64,000 bases of DNA from Marsupella aquatica (lineage: Eukaryota > Plantae > Marchantiophyta), in the NCBI GenBank assembly GCA_973895155.1, contig OZ316895.1, forward strand, positions 20,040,803 to 20,104,802. Direction: 5' to 3'. Positions 63,121-64,000 of the stretch are shown one piece after another. A program made the position numbers and the translations under genes. Position 1 is the stretch's first letter, and every line of letters starts with the position of its first letter. The notes under the pieces were generated by a model. The model made no database searches, was not told the DNA's origin, and saw nothing but the letters and a program-made list of their open reading frames with translations.

Positions 63121-64000
63121 GCGGTCGTTGTATCACTCACAGAGTAGCAAGACAGCGTAACCTAGAGTTCAAACATGTGCTCACCGTTTTGACCGTTCGG
63201 GCCAAAACAGTCCACGGCAAACGGTAATATCCCGCGATCCGGCTGTGCGGACCAGCATAGGAAGTGCCACACATATTTTGAGCCGCTCCCGCCCAAGCCT
63301 AACCCGGGCGTAAAGTAATCCACAGCTCATATTTGAGACCCCCTACTGGAAGATCACTCCCGGGCCATTCTTGAGCAACAGCAATGTCTTGCAGTTATGA
63401 GTACGGCTGATACTTTGCTGGCGAGATTACCAATAACCCAAACAGTATCAAGTACTAAATCTTACATATATTTGGAGAGAAAAGGGTTGCAAGAGTCTTA
63501 TTTAATATTCCAATTCAAATTGGGACAGATACTATGGACATTTTTATCCCACATATTTTTCCGACATTGCTATATGGCGAATACCTTCTACCTTATTTTG
63601 TTTTATTAAAAATATGAGTTCTGAATTTTCTTTTAAATCTGGCCTAGTGTATCATTTCACTTTGTATTGGTTTGAATTTAACAAATTATCTAACCCCTTT
63701 AATTATATGATTTCATTTGATTTGATATGTTTTATTGTGATAGCTTATCATGTATTTGAAGAGATTTTTATCTGTCATTCATCCTCTATTGCACGAGGTG
63801 GTCAGACTCACCAGGATGCACCCAGTACAAAAACCAGAGATGCCCTGTAGGTTATATGTCCATTGGTGAAAAACTTTCCAACTCTTATGGTTTAGAGGCT
63901 AACAGGTGTCACCTAAATAGTGAATCTTTCAATAGGGCCTAAAAGTAGAGTACAAAGCTAGAGTATAAAGCTAACATACTTTTTTGTCAATCACAAAATA

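Larger units (their letters stand above)
57601..63344. mobile_element. PIF/Harbinger-type (PHIS) DNA transposon, about 5.7 kb, degenerate
   Basis: TIR AGGGGGTCTCAAATATG (57601-17) and CATATTTGAGACCCCCT (63328-44) enclose a DDE transposase remnant and a convergent accessory gene. Confidence 0.8.

Overview
Eukaryotic land-plant genomic DNA with spliced genes among many transposon remnants; a bryophyte or liverwort source is an inference. Host genes are a CC1/CC2-like LEA_2 gene (-), POT1 (+), a BTB/POZ-MATH gene (-), an organellar YtqB/MnmM-like methyltransferase (+) and a fungal-type APH phosphotransferase pseudogene (-). The main find is a 9.8-kb Ty3/gypsy-type retroelement (25698-35516, - strand, 4-bp target-site duplication ATGC). 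Its polyprotein reads Gag-protease-DNMT3-like C5 DNA methyltransferase-RT-RNaseH-DDE integrase-PHD finger. It lacks two ordinary LTRs and instead has split repeats: B - internal - A GC B A. A Tf1-like self-priming site sits at the end of the 5' B copy and a G-tract PPT sits at the start of the inner A copy. Together these suggest the true LTR is A-GC-B and that integration uses a palindromic CA-GC-TG site inside the LTR of a 2-LTR circle. The window also holds a TIR-bounded PIF/Harbinger-type (PHIS) transposon (about 57600-63345) with an extra RPA70-like OB-fold gene remnant, several MITE or foldback remnants and an orphan LTR with a tRNA-iMet PBS.
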